A stretch of DNA of 62,866 nt, filler included. It is 7 parts of 7 records of this genome, joined end to end, with 100 filler letters (N's around TTAATTAATTAA, not from the genome) between each part and the next. Parts side by side here need not be neighbours in the genome. Positions count along the whole stretch, not along the records: positions 20,573 to 28,054 come from SRR31147125_17506; positions 28,155 to 38,329 come from SRR31147125_17524; 5 more parts are not named here. The stretch is one strand, 5' to 3'. Positions within the stretch are counted from its first letter, which is position 1, and each line of letters opens with the position of its first letter. Shown here one piece after another: positions 23,244 to 32,548 of the stretch. A program made the translations under genes and the position numbers. The notes below the pieces were generated by a model, which ran no database searches, was not told the origin of the DNA, and saw only the letters and a list, made by a program, of their open reading frames with translations.

Positions 23244-23717
23244 TATTCGAAAGGGGATACTTTAGGGGGAATGTGATATTTTTTATTGATGGATTAATGT
23301 AATTTTCGATTACTTTTAAATTATTTTGTCGAAAATAATTTGGATTTTTTACCGGATGTGAGTTTATATTTTTTCTTAATTTCTTCCAACTCTTTATCCT
23401 CAAGAGTGGGATCAGCATGATAGCGCTTTGCCATATTCTCTCTGATTTCTCTCATTAATTTGACGGAATCAAAAATTTTTAGAATCATTTTTCATCTATA
23501 ACACCATTCCCGGTGCTGCCTCTATTTATAAAAGCCGGATATTAGAGGATAATGATTTTTTCACGTTTAACAAACTGTTCCAGAAGTTGCATTGACCATT
23601 TTAAAATTTCTCGTTACAACATCAGCATAGAAATGATGTGTTATTGTATATTTTGGTTTTCAATAATATATCATTCACTTTTAATATAACATAAATCTAT
23701 ATAAAAATATTAAAAAA

Positions 23718-23745
23718 TGAAATGACACAGTCATTTCACTCCAAA
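23718..23745. repeat. Palindromic repeat, copy 2
   Basis: TGAAATGACACAGTCATTTCACTCCAAA, direct repeat of 20778-20805. Confidence 0.85.
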
Positions 23746-23764
23746 GAAGAGACTTTATGTAGTA

Positions 23765-23797
23765 CAAGCCCTGAGAATTTTCCCAGGGCTTGAAAAT
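23765..23797 (-). terminator. Hairpin after SPFH gene
   Basis: CAAGCCCTG-AGAATTTTCC-CAGGGCTTG inverted repeat just past the stop. Confidence 0.6.
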
Positions 23798-23805
23798 ATG
23801 ACTTG

Positions 23806-24747
23806 TCAGGATTTTTTCGGTTGGTTTGCTTGCTTGGCATGCTCCAGAACGGACATGACCGTGGCAACGGTTGCGGAAATGTCGCCCATATTGGACGGGA
23901 TGATCATGGTGTTATTCTCTTTGGCCAATTTGCCAAATTCCGCAACGTATTTTTCAGCAACTCTCAGATTGGCTGCAGTTTCTCCGCCAGCCATGTCTAA
24001 AGATTCGGCTATTTTTTTAATACCTTCGGCTGTTGCTTTGGCAACCAGTTCGATCTCCTTTGCCTGTCCTTCCGCTTCATTGATTCGTTTTTGTTTCTCA
24101 CCTTCGGATACCTGAATAGCCTCATTTTTTAGACCTTCTGCGCGATTGATGCGTGATTGTCTGTCGCCTTCGGATGTAGCTATTGCCGCACGTTTTTCCC
24201 GCTCCGCTTTCATCTGTTTTTCCATGGCGTCCATAACACTTTGTGGTGGGGTGATATCCTTGATTTCATATCGCAGTACCTTCACGCCCCAGTTTTGTGC
24301 GGCTTCATCAATGGCTAAAACGACCTGCTGGTTTAAATTTTCGCGTTCCTCAAAAGTCCGGTCCAGTTCAATTTTACCTATCACAGAACGAAGAGAGGTT
24401 TGTGCCAGCTGGCCTGCGGCAACTTTATAGTTGTCAATGCCATAGGCAGAGAGTTTACTGTCCATGACCTGTATATACAGGATTCCATCAACAGATACAG
24501 ATACATTGTCCGTAGTAATACAATCCTGGGATGGGATATCCATAACCTCTTCTTTGAGTGAACGCTTGTAGGCAACTTTTTCAAGAAACGGGATGAGTAC
24601 ATGGAAACCTGCGCTGAGAGTTTTGCTGTATTTCCCCAGTCGTTCAACAATGTATTCGGACCTTTGTGGTACAACGACGGCTGTTTTGAGTAATAAAATG
24701 ATGACGATAAAAGCTAATACACCTAGTACAAATAATGAATCTGTCAT
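23806..24747 (-). CDS. SPFH/paraslipin protein
   Basis: ITTDNV, WGVKVLRYEIKDI, MEKQMKAEREKRA motifs. Confidence 0.93.
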   Translation of the reverse strand: MTDSLFVLGVLAFIVIILLLKTAVVVPQRSEYIVERLGKYSKTLSAGFHVLIPFLEKVAYKRSLKEEVMDIPSQDCITTDNVSVSVDGILYIQVMDSKLSAYGIDNYKVAAGQLAQTSLRSVIGKIELDRTFEERENLNQQVVLAIDEAAQNWGVKVLRYEIKDITPPQSVMDAMEKQMKAEREKRAAIATSEGDRQSRINRAEGLKNEAIQVSEGEKQKRINEAEGQAKEIELVAKATAEGIKKIAESLDMAGGETAANLRVAEKYVAEFGKLAKENNTMIIPSNMGDISATVATVMSVLEHAKQANQPKKS

Positions 24748-24757
24748 GTCGTCCTCC

Positions 24758-25206
24758 TTATAACGGTTTCACCTTGAAAGTAAGTCCATCCTGGGATTCC
24801 TGATGTTCAACCCGAACGGTTTGCCCTTCTTTAATTTCTGTATCAGCAACAGCTCTCCAAAAACTGCCCATGACCTTTATTTCACCGGGCAAATTAGGTG
24901 TTATTGTTTTCGTGACGATACCGGTTTTGCCGATTTTTGAATCGGCATAATTATCATCAATGTCATCACGAACCGATCCTTTAAACGTTTTTAAACCATA
25001 TCGTCGCAAAGAAAAAGAAGAGTTAACGACGAAATAATAAAGATGATAAACTCGCCTGTCAAGTTGATGTTGAATAACCATGTAGCCAGGGCGGCAATCC
25101 AACATCCGGCTGTAAAGAAAATGAGAATAAAGCCAGGTAAAAGCAATTCGGCGATGAGAAAGACAACACCGACGATAAACCATATTAAAGCTGGTGACAG
25201 AAGCAT
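24758..25206 (-). CDS. NfeD-family protein, frameshift near 25010
   Basis: Hydrophobic N-terminus (24991-25206) and OB C-terminus (GEIKVMGSFWRA) in different frames, joined at a T-rich run. Confidence 0.8.
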
Positions 25207-25654
25207 TGTTTCCTCCTGAGAATTATTAATAAATCCTTTCTTTTACGATTTAACCGATTCAGATTTATTTGTGGCAGTCAGAATGCTATGATTTTATTAT
25301 GTTTACTTGGAATTTTCAGAAAAAAACTATTCTAAAGAAATATTTCTTGCTAAATTTAGGATATATCTATTATATGTAGGACATTCGCAATTGGAAAAAT
25401 TACAAATTTAAATATCGTGTGAAAAAACAGAGATGGCGAATAGTTATAGTGCTCCCCAACCCATAACGTTAAAGGTCATTTTTATTATTAATAATTTTAT
25501 TAAAATAAGAGGAGAGATGCAAGAGAATTATTATTCGAATAGAGATTTGCTAAACATAGTGAGATAGCGGAAAAAGGAATATTCAGAATTATGCAGGGTT
25601 ATATCATGTCTGATTTATGGGACGAATTATAAGCCTCCGGAATGGCAAAGGATA

Positions 25655-25683
25655 TTGATTTATAAACAATTATTCGATATAAT
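25655..25683 (+). promoter_or_regulatory. Putative sigma70 promoter for the FAD oxidoreductase
   Basis: TTGATT-17 nt-TATAAT. Confidence 0.55.
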
Positions 25684-25796
25684 ATAAATAATATTTTCTT
25701 TGGTTTCGCATGTCTGAAAGACTATTCGGCTGAGTTGCATTTCGCAAAAGGGCGAAAAGCTTACGCGAACCAGGGAATGAAAACTGGAGGAATGGC

Positions 25797-27614
25797 ATGA
25801 CTAACATGATAGCATTAGTTCAGGTAGTTTTTCTTATAGTAGCTATGACATGCTACGGAGGATCTGTGTTGGTTGAAGCCGAGAGTTTTGATAATCATGG
25901 TGGCTGGCAACTGGACACACAGTTTATTCAAATTATGGGATCTTCCTATCTGTTGGCTCACGGCTTGGGAAAACCAGTGCAAGACGCAACAACAAAAATT
26001 ACATTTCCGGCCATCGGTCAATACCGCGTGTGGGTTCGCACAAAGGATTGGGTCGCGCGTTGGAACGCTAAGGGCCAGCCTGGCCGCTTCCAGCTTTTCA
26101 TCAACAATGAGCCCTGCGTGGAAACATTCGGTACAAAAGGCGCGGAATGGTTCTGGCAAAACAGGGGGATTGTGGACATCAAGGACCGGGAAGTAAAACT
26201 CGCGTTACACGACCTGACCGGTTTCGACGGACGCTGTGACGCGATTTATTTCAGCACCGATCTGGATAAAAGTCCGCCTTCTGATGGGAAAATCCTATCT
26301 AAATGGCGGTGCGACCTGCTTGGACTGCCGGAGGAGCCGAAAACCGAAGGACCGTATGACCTTGTGGTTATTGGAGGTGGATATGCAGGAACGTGTTCTG
26401 CTATCAGCGCTGCACGAATGGGCTGCCGTGTCGCGTTAATCCAGGATCGCCCGGTACTCGGTGGTAATGGCTCACAGGAGATTCGGGTCTCCGCACATCT
26501 TCGACCCTGGTTGATGAAAATCGGAAAATATCCACATCTTGGAGAAATTGTGGAAGAGTTGATCGACCATACCCGTCATACTCAACCAAAAGGGACATTC
26601 GAGGAGGCTGACGACAGAAGGTTGAATGTGGTTAAAGCGGAAAAGAATATCGATCTATTCCTTAATCATCATGCCTATGCGGTTGAGAAAGAGGACAAGT
26701 CTATAGCAGCTGTCATCGCACTGGATACGCGGACGAATGCCCGGCGTCGTTTCACAGGTCAACTTTTTGCCGACTGCACCGGGCATGGTACCGTCGGCGC
26801 TCTTGCAGGTGCAGATTATGATATGAGCGTGAAAGGACATTCCGGTACAACGAATAAATGGACATGGCGACGAGTGGGTGGCCTTCAGGTGTTTCCTGAT
26901 ACACCGTGGGCGCTGGACCTTGAGATGAGTGACTTTCCATATCCTGATGGAGGTGGCGGATGGAATTGGCAAACAGGTTTCGACAAACATCCAATCAATG
27001 AGCTGGAGTATATCCGTGACTGGAATCTTCGCGCCATATTTGGTGCATGGAATGCAATGAAAAATAAGAGTGGAGCAGAAGAGCATCGTAATGCTGTGCT
27101 CGAATGGGTGGCATTCATCGCCGGACCACGCGAGTCCCGACGGCTGCTGGGTGACATCGTTCTTACCGAGCAACATATCAAAACAAATCATGAATTTTCG
27201 GATGGCCTGGTTCCTGCCGCCTGGTTCATCGACCTGCACGGCCCGGACAGAAGATATGGAAAACCATATCCAAACGATCCGTTTATTGGCCACGGACTGC
27301 GTGAGAGAGAGTATGTCAAGCCTCCCTATCATGTGCCCTATCGTTGCCTTTATAGTCGTAACGTGGAAAATCTTTTTATGGCCGGGCGAGATATCTCAGT
27401 CACATATGAAGCACATGGCTTGATTCGTGTGATGCAAACCGGCGGGATGATGGGAGAAGTTGTGGGAAAGGCTGCCTCGATCTGTGCCCAGCATGGTTGC
27501 AGCCCAAAACAAGTGTACATGAAATATCTGGAAGAGCTGAAGCAGCTGGCAAAACGTCCGGGTCATACGAGAATAAAACCAGTGTCGGGGCTACCCGAGA
27601 TGTCAGAGAAGTGA
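25797..27614 (+). CDS. Exported FAD-dependent oxidoreductase with N-terminal beta-sandwich domain
   Basis: Signal-like N-terminus; VIGGGYAG Rossmann motif, LGGNGS, DCTG, RESRR, PYRCLYS; GGAGG RBS. Confidence 0.85.
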   Translation: MTNMIALVQVVFLIVAMTCYGGSVLVEAESFDNHGGWQLDTQFIQIMGSSYLLAHGLGKPVQDATTKITFPAIGQYRVWVRTKDWVARWNAKGQPGRFQLFINNEPCVETFGTKGAEWFWQNRGIVDIKDREVKLALHDLTGFDGRCDAIYFSTDLDKSPPSDGKILSKWRCDLLGLPEEPKTEGPYDLVVIGGGYAGTCSAISAARMGCRVALIQDRPVLGGNGSQEIRVSAHLRPWLMKIGKYPHLGEIVEELIDHTRHTQPKGTFEEADDRRLNVVKAEKNIDLFLNHHAYAVEKEDKSIAAVIALDTRTNARRRFTGQLFADCTGHGTVGALAGADYDMSVKGHSGTTNKWTWRRVGGLQVFPDTPWALDLEMSDFPYPDGGGGWNWQTGFDKHPINELEYIRDWNLRAIFGAWNAMKNKSGAEEHRNAVLEWVAFIAGPRESRRLLGDIVLTEQHIKTNHEFSDGLVPAAWFIDLHGPDRRYGKPYPNDPFIGHGLREREYVKPPYHVPYRCLYSRNVENLFMAGRDISVTYEAHGLIRVMQTGGMMGEVVGKAASICAQHGCSPKQVYMKYLEELKQLAKRPGHTRIKPVSGLPEMSEK

Positions 27615-28016
27615 TGCTGTATTGGAGTCGGATTTATTGGATTGAGGCAAAAAAAAGATGTGGAACGTATAAATCAAAAATTTAATTATGAAATTTTTAT
27701 CATCAGCGCATTTTTTAAAACCATGTACCGTTTTTTAAAAATTAGTATAGACTTCCTGAAACGTCCAGAGATAAGCAGTATTTTGTAAAGCAGATAAGTG
27801 CTTGTATTTTATTGGGTGCGGATATAGATTATATTTTAAAAATCCTTTTCAAAAAATATCAATCCGTTCTAATCTCATATACATTGGTTGTGGCAATCAG
27901 ATAAACCGGTTTTGTCGCCGGACCGTTCGGACGGTACACATAAGGACCGGCTGAGCTTGCCGAGATATTTGGTGTTTTTGCTAAGAGTTGCCCTGTTTTC
28001 GCACTTTTCCCCACTT

Positions 28017-28047
28017 GTTATTCCCGCATGTTCCGGGCGGGAATCCA
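28017..28047. repeat. REP-like palindrome at contig end
   Basis: GTTATTCCCGC-ATGTTCCGG-GCGGGAATCCA. Confidence 0.6.
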
Positions 28048-28054
28048 TTCATTC

Positions 28055-28154
28055 NNNNNNNNNNNNNNNNNNNNNNNNNNNNNNNNNNNNNNNNNNNNTT
28101 AATTAATTAANNNNNNNNNNNNNNNNNNNNNNNNNNNNNNNNNNNNNNNNNNNN
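28055..28154. other. Contig-joining spacer
   Basis: N-run, TTAATTAATTAA, N-run. Confidence 0.98.
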
Positions 28155-28187
28155 TTTTCATTTTTTCTTCCTTTTTTCATTTTTCTA

Positions 28188-28239
28188 GAAAACAAAGTAA
28201 CGCAAGCACAAAACGCTTAACGTTACTTTGTTTTTTTTT
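28188..28239. terminator. Hairpin terminator downstream of zur
   Basis: AAAACAAAGTAACG...CGTTACTTTGTTTT followed by a T-run. Confidence 0.65.
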
Positions 28240-28314
28240 GCATTTTCAATTCTTAAGTCAGTCAGCCCTTCGCCGTGACCGCAAACTCCCCGCAAAACTA
28301 AAAGCCGAAATATA

Positions 28315-28752
28315 TCACTGTGAATCATGCTTGTCCCGGCACTCGGGGCAATAGCCGTAAATGTCGAGCCGGTGGCCGGAAATAAGGTAATTCGTCTTTT
28401 CGGCCAGTGATTTCTCATAGTCCTCCAGAGGGCAGTATTCAATAGCCTGCATCTTTTTACATTCCAGGCAGACAAGATAATGCTTGTGCACCTGCCGGTT
28501 CAGTTCATACAGGGCCCTGTTGTCGCCGGAAACCTTCACCTTTGTGGCAAGCCCTTTGTCCGCAAGCGTCTCGAGTGTCCGATAGACGGTAGACAGGTTG
28601 ACCGTCACACCGTGATCCTTCAGATTCAGAAATATTTCTTCAGCCGGGATAGGCTGCGCGCTCTTGTCAAGAATATCGAGAATTTCGGTCCGGTGCCTCG
28701 TATTTTTCAGCCCGATCGTCGCCAGCTCTTTCTTAAAATCCTTTTTCGCCAC
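28315..28752 (-). CDS. zur: Fur-family regulator, Zur-like
   Basis: STVYRTL helix, HKHYLVCLEC and CPEC; last gene of a metal ABC operon. Confidence 0.8.
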   Translation of the reverse strand: MAKKDFKKELATIGLKNTRHRTEILDILDKSAQPIPAEEIFLNLKDHGVTVNLSTVYRTLETLADKGLATKVKVSGDNRALYELNRQVHKHYLVCLECKKMQAIEYCPLEDYEKSLAEKTNYLISGHRLDIYGYCPECRDKHDSQ

Positions 28753-28797
28753 TATATATCACTCCTGACGCTATTTATTGACGCACGCCGCTTGCTT

Positions 28798-29625
28798 TTA
28801 AGCAGCTTTTTTCTTTGTTTTTGACCGCGCTGTGTCAATGGCCATCACAATAAGATAGCAGACAACGGACAGCATCACAATACACGCGCCGGACGAGATA
28901 TTGAGCCCATAAGACAGCCAAAGACCCGCGATACAAAAAACGATACCAAAAACGCCGGCAAGGGCCATACGCTTTTTAAGGTCACGTGTAATAATGCCGG
29001 CTGTCGCGGCAGGCGCCGTCAGCAGGGCCAGCACAAGAATGATCCCAACAACACGAATGAGGACAACGACGGTCATCGCAACGAGCACAAGCAGCAGGTA
29101 TTCCAGAAAAGCTGTGCGGATACCAAGGACAAAGGCAAACTCCTGGTCAAACAGATACGCCTTCCAGTCGTTATAGAATATAACAATCATTAAAAGCACA
29201 ACGACGGTTAGGATGATCATCAACAGCAGGTCCGTACGTGTGACGGACAGGATGCTGCCGAAGAGATAGGAGCTGAGGTCCGGCGGATATCCTTTCATAA
29301 AGGCAATGAATAAAATGCCCATTGCCATACCAAAGGACCAGAACAGCGCAATAACCACATCCGACCGACCGCCGCCCTTCCGGCTGATGCGGCCGACGCC
29401 GAGCGCGGCGAGCACGGAAAACAGAAACGCGCCGATAATCGGCTCAAACCCCAGTAAGTATCCAAGCCCGACACCGCCGTATGCGGTGTGGGCGATGCCG
29501 CCGCTCATCATGACGAGCTTTTTTTCCACAATAATAACACCGATTACCCCGCAGACTATGCTGGCAAGAATGCCGGATACGAGGGCGTTTTGAAGAAAGT
29601 GATATTCAAATAAAGCGCTTAGCAT
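28798..29625 (-). CDS. znuB: Zn/Mn ABC transporter permease
   Basis: GIAHTAYGG, YLFGSIL, VGIILVLALL.AP motifs. Confidence 0.88.
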   Translation of the reverse strand: MLSALFEYHFLQNALVSGILASIVCGVIGVIIVEKKLVMMSGGIAHTAYGGVGLGYLLGFEPIIGAFLFSVLAALGVGRISRKGGGRSDVVIALFWSFGMAMGILFIAFMKGYPPDLSSYLFGSILSVTRTDLLLMIILTVVVLLMIVIFYNDWKAYLFDQEFAFVLGIRTAFLEYLLLVLVAMTVVVLIRVVGIILVLALLTAPAATAGIITRDLKKRMALAGVFGIVFCIAGLWLSYGLNISSGACIVMLSVVCYLIVMAIDTARSKTKKKAA

Positions 29626-30395
29626 CCCTCGTTACCTCCATGCTCGTGCTCTTTGAGCACGCGGTGCGGCACACCGTGGGCAATGAGATCAACCGGGCAG
29701 CCATAAAGGCTCGAGACAACGTCTTCCGTCAGCTCCGGCTGACCGTGATAAACGAGCGTCCTGTTCAGGCATGCCAGCTCATGCACATGCGTGGATACCG
29801 CCAGCAGGTCGTGCGTGACGAGCACGATCGTAATGTCCTTATTAAATTCACGGAGCAGGTCGAATATCTGCTCGCGCGACATAGCGTCCACACTGGCCGT
29901 CGGCTCGTCCAGCAGCAGGAGCCGCGGCTTTGCAATAAGCGCTCGTGCTACGAGCATTTTTTGAAATTCTCCGCCGGATAGCGCCGAGATCTGCCGGCCG
30001 GCCAGATCGTGGAGGCCAACCTTACCCAGCAGCGCAAAGGCTTCCTCCCGGTCCTTCGGCGTGAACCTGAAAAACGGAGACAGGCCCGGCCTCATTTTTC
30101 CTGTTAACACAACCTCCAGGACTGATATCGGAAATTTCCGGTCGATAGCGCCGAATTGCGGGACGTACCCAACCGACGCGCCTTCCCCCGGCTTTTTACC
30201 GAAAACCTCAATGCTGCCTTCATGGATCGGTATAAGGCCCAGCATCGCCTTTAAAAGCGTTGATTTTCCGCCGCCGTTCGGCCCGATTATACCCAGAAAA
30301 GAGCCCTCGGACACATCAAGGCAGACACCCGCCAAAGCGGGTGTCTGCCCATAATATACAGACAGGTCGTTTACATGGACTGCTGTTTCACTCAC
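29619..30395 (-). CDS. znuC: Zn/Mn ABC transporter ATPase
   Basis: GPNGGGKS, LSGGE, LLLDEP motifs; His-rich tail. Confidence 0.9.
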   Translation of the reverse strand: MSETAVHVNDLSVYYGQTPALAGVCLDVSEGSFLGIIGPNGGGKSTLLKAMLGLIPIHEGSIEVFGKKPGEGASVGYVPQFGAIDRKFPISVLEVVLTGKMRPGLSPFFRFTPKDREEAFALLGKVGLHDLAGRQISALSGGEFQKMLVARALIAKPRLLLLDEPTASVDAMSREQIFDLLREFNKDITIVLVTHDLLAVSTHVHELACLNRTLVYHGQPELTEDVVSSLYGCPVDLIAHGVPHRVLKEHEHGGNEGC

Positions 30396-31267
30396 TGCAT
30401 AACCTCCGCCATGAGACTGGCCATGGCTTTTAAATTCTCTATATAATCAGGGGATAGCGGTTCAAGCTGCATGGTCTCGCCGCCGATTTCCTCGGCAAAT
30501 GCCTGGGACTGGCTGCTGTCGATCTCGGCCTGGTAAAATATCACCTTGGCGTTATCCGCCTTGGCAATATCAATGACTTCCTGAAGGCGCTCGGCGGTGG
30601 CCTCCTTGCCTTCCTCCTCCAGCGCGTACATCGTCAGTCCATAGTCATCGGCAAAGTATCCGAAAGCGGGATGATAGACGATAAACGACTTATTCTTAAC
30701 GCCGGCCAGCGCCTCATTAATTTGCGCGTCGACCTCGTCAAGCTGTGCCTTATAGGTATCAGCGTTTTTATTATACGCCTCGGCGTTTTCCGGGTCAAGC
30801 GCGGCCATTTCCTGCGCAATAACATCAATAATGACCTTGACACGCATTGGCGACAGCCAGATGTGCGGGTCTCTTTCTCCTTCTTCAAACGTCCGGTCCG
30901 GGTAGACCTTAGCCACCTCGTCCTGCAGTGCCACCACCTTGACGTCTTCGACATTGGGCAGGATGTTTGCTTCTTCGGTGGGCACGCCGATTGCAAAATA
31001 GACAGACGCGTCGCTGAATTTTTGCATCTCGGCCGGCGTGGGCTCATAGTTCTCAGGGCTGCTGCCGGGCGGTATCATCGTTACAACCTCCACAGCATCG
31101 CCGCAGATGGCCTCCACAAATGTCTTTTCCGGTACGATCGACACAGCGACAATCGGCTTGGCGCTCGTATCGTCCTGCGGTGTTTTATCACCGCACGCGG
31201 TCAGCCCGAGCAGGCCGGCTATAACTGCGAGGACCATCAGTATGCTTATTACACCCTTCTTGTTCAT
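30392..31267 (-). CDS. znuA: Zn/Mn ABC substrate-binding lipoprotein
   Basis: Lipobox LTAC, DPHIWL, YHPAFGYF motifs. Confidence 0.88.
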   Translation of the reverse strand: MNKKGVISILMVLAVIAGLLGLTACGDKTPQDDTSAKPIVAVSIVPEKTFVEAICGDAVEVVTMIPPGSSPENYEPTPAEMQKFSDASVYFAIGVPTEEANILPNVEDVKVVALQDEVAKVYPDRTFEEGERDPHIWLSPMRVKVIIDVIAQEMAALDPENAEAYNKNADTYKAQLDEVDAQINEALAGVKNKSFIVYHPAFGYFADDYGLTMYALEEEGKEATAERLQEVIDIAKADNAKVIFYQAEIDSSQSQAFAEEIGGETMQLEPLSPDYIENLKAMASLMAEVMQ

Positions 31268-31297
31268 AAAACATCCGCCTCTCGTGTATGTAAACGC

Positions 31298-31349
31298 AAT
31301 TGAGAATGGTTTGCATTTGCATTATATATCCACAAAACAGCGTTGTCAA
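31298..31349 (-). promoter_or_regulatory. Consensus sigmaA promoter with adjacent Fur/Zur-type box
   Basis: Minus strand TTGACA (31349-31344)-17 nt-TATAAT (31326-31321), then imperfect palindrome AAATGCAAACCATTCTCAATT. Confidence 0.8.
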
Positions 31350-31494
31350 TATGCGGTAAATATTTTTTAGATTTATTATAACCGCTTTCCGGCGATGGTA
31401 AAAAGCTTACAGTTATTACGATTTTTTTATAGCCATGTTCTGCTGGGCACTCTATTAACCCAATGTAGCAAACGCCGCCTGTGATCTTCAGCAA

Positions 31495-31530
31495 TAGAAC
31501 GAAAAGCCGCAAATGCGGCTTTTCGTTCTA
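31495..31530. terminator. Long hairpin terminator after esterase genes
   Basis: TAGAACGAAAAGCCGCA-AA-TGCGGCTTTTCGTTCTA. Confidence 0.85.
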
Positions 31531-31552
31531 CTCAGCAGGAGGCGGGAGCAGT

Positions 31553-32470
31553 TCAGATATAAAGCTTTTTACCGGGTCTTAAATACTTATCCAAAAAGAC
31601 AAATACCCGGTCGACAATCGGCTTGTCGTTCCAACGGAGATCATCGCCGCCGTGGCCGAAGCCTTGCAGGATATCCATCTCCACGCGCTCCGGTCCGCAA
31701 ACTGTACGGACCTTTTCCTCCAGGAGATACGCTTGGATAACAGGGACAACGTTGTCGTCCGTGCCGTGCAGAATCAGTACCGGCGGGAAAGCCGGCGTAA
31801 CGAACCGGATCGGGTTTGTAAAATGCATAAGGCCGCTGATTTGGCTCGAATGCGCGCCGAGCATCAGCTTATCAATATCCGGCATGTTGGGATCTTCCAG
31901 GCCGTACTTCGCCACTTCCCTGTCCTGCGTTTCAATGTCAAACACACCAAACAAGCTGACAACGGTACAGACCCGGCTGGAATACGCGGCGTTGCCCTGA
32001 GATAAGTCTTCAAACGCCGGGTTTTCTTGTGTGGCGGCCGCCATGACGGCATAATAGCCGCCGGCGCTGTCGCCGAAGGCCGCAAACCGGTCGCCGTCAA
32101 GGCCATACGCGGAGGCGTTGGCCCGCAGGAAACGGATAGCCGCTTTGACATCAAACAGCGCGGCGGGAAACTGCGCTTCAAAGCCCAGCCGATACTCGAC
32201 AGAGACAACGGCATAGCCTCGGTTGATCCCCTCGAGGGCCTGCAGGAGCTGGACGTCCCGCTTGTCACCAAAGATAAACGCGCCGCCGTGGATGAAAATA
32301 ATCGTCGGAAACGGGCCGTCACCGTCGGACGGCAGATAAATATCAAGCTTCTGGCTCGGCGACTGGGCAGCGTACGAAATATCGAGGAATTTTCGCTTAA
32401 TGGCACTCACATCGATCTGCGGGTCTTCCAAAGAGCCTTCCGGCTGTTCAATAATGGACCATGTATCCAT
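31553..32470 (-). CDS. Alpha/beta hydrolase (HSL-family esterase), paralog 1
   Basis: HGGA oxyanion motif, GDSAG nucleophile, HGT.D..VP, His in GFGHG. Confidence 0.9.
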   Translation of the reverse strand: MDTWSIIEQPEGSLEDPQIDVSAIKRKFLDISYAAQSPSQKLDIYLPSDGDGPFPTIIFIHGGAFIFGDKRDVQLLQALEGINRGYAVVSVEYRLGFEAQFPAALFDVKAAIRFLRANASAYGLDGDRFAAFGDSAGGYYAVMAAATQENPAFEDLSQGNAAYSSRVCTVVSLFGVFDIETQDREVAKYGLEDPNMPDIDKLMLGAHSSQISGLMHFTNPIRFVTPAFPPVLILHGTDDNVVPVIQAYLLEEKVRTVCGPERVEMDILQGFGHGGDDLRWNDKPIVDRVFVFLDKYLRPGKKLYI

Positions 32471-32548
32471 GCTGCTTCCTCCTGTATTTCATTTAATCTT
32501 ATTCCCGACACGACGAGCGGGAATAATTTGTCCGTTCATGGCGGCACA

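Noticed and set aside
4340-25206. Two nfeD-SPFH operons as a duplication
   Set aside because: They lie on separate contigs from apparently different organisms, and the pairing is widespread.
28245-28312. Possible riboswitch downstream of zur
   Set aside because: GC-rich, but I could not match it to any aptamer consensus or build a convincing structure.
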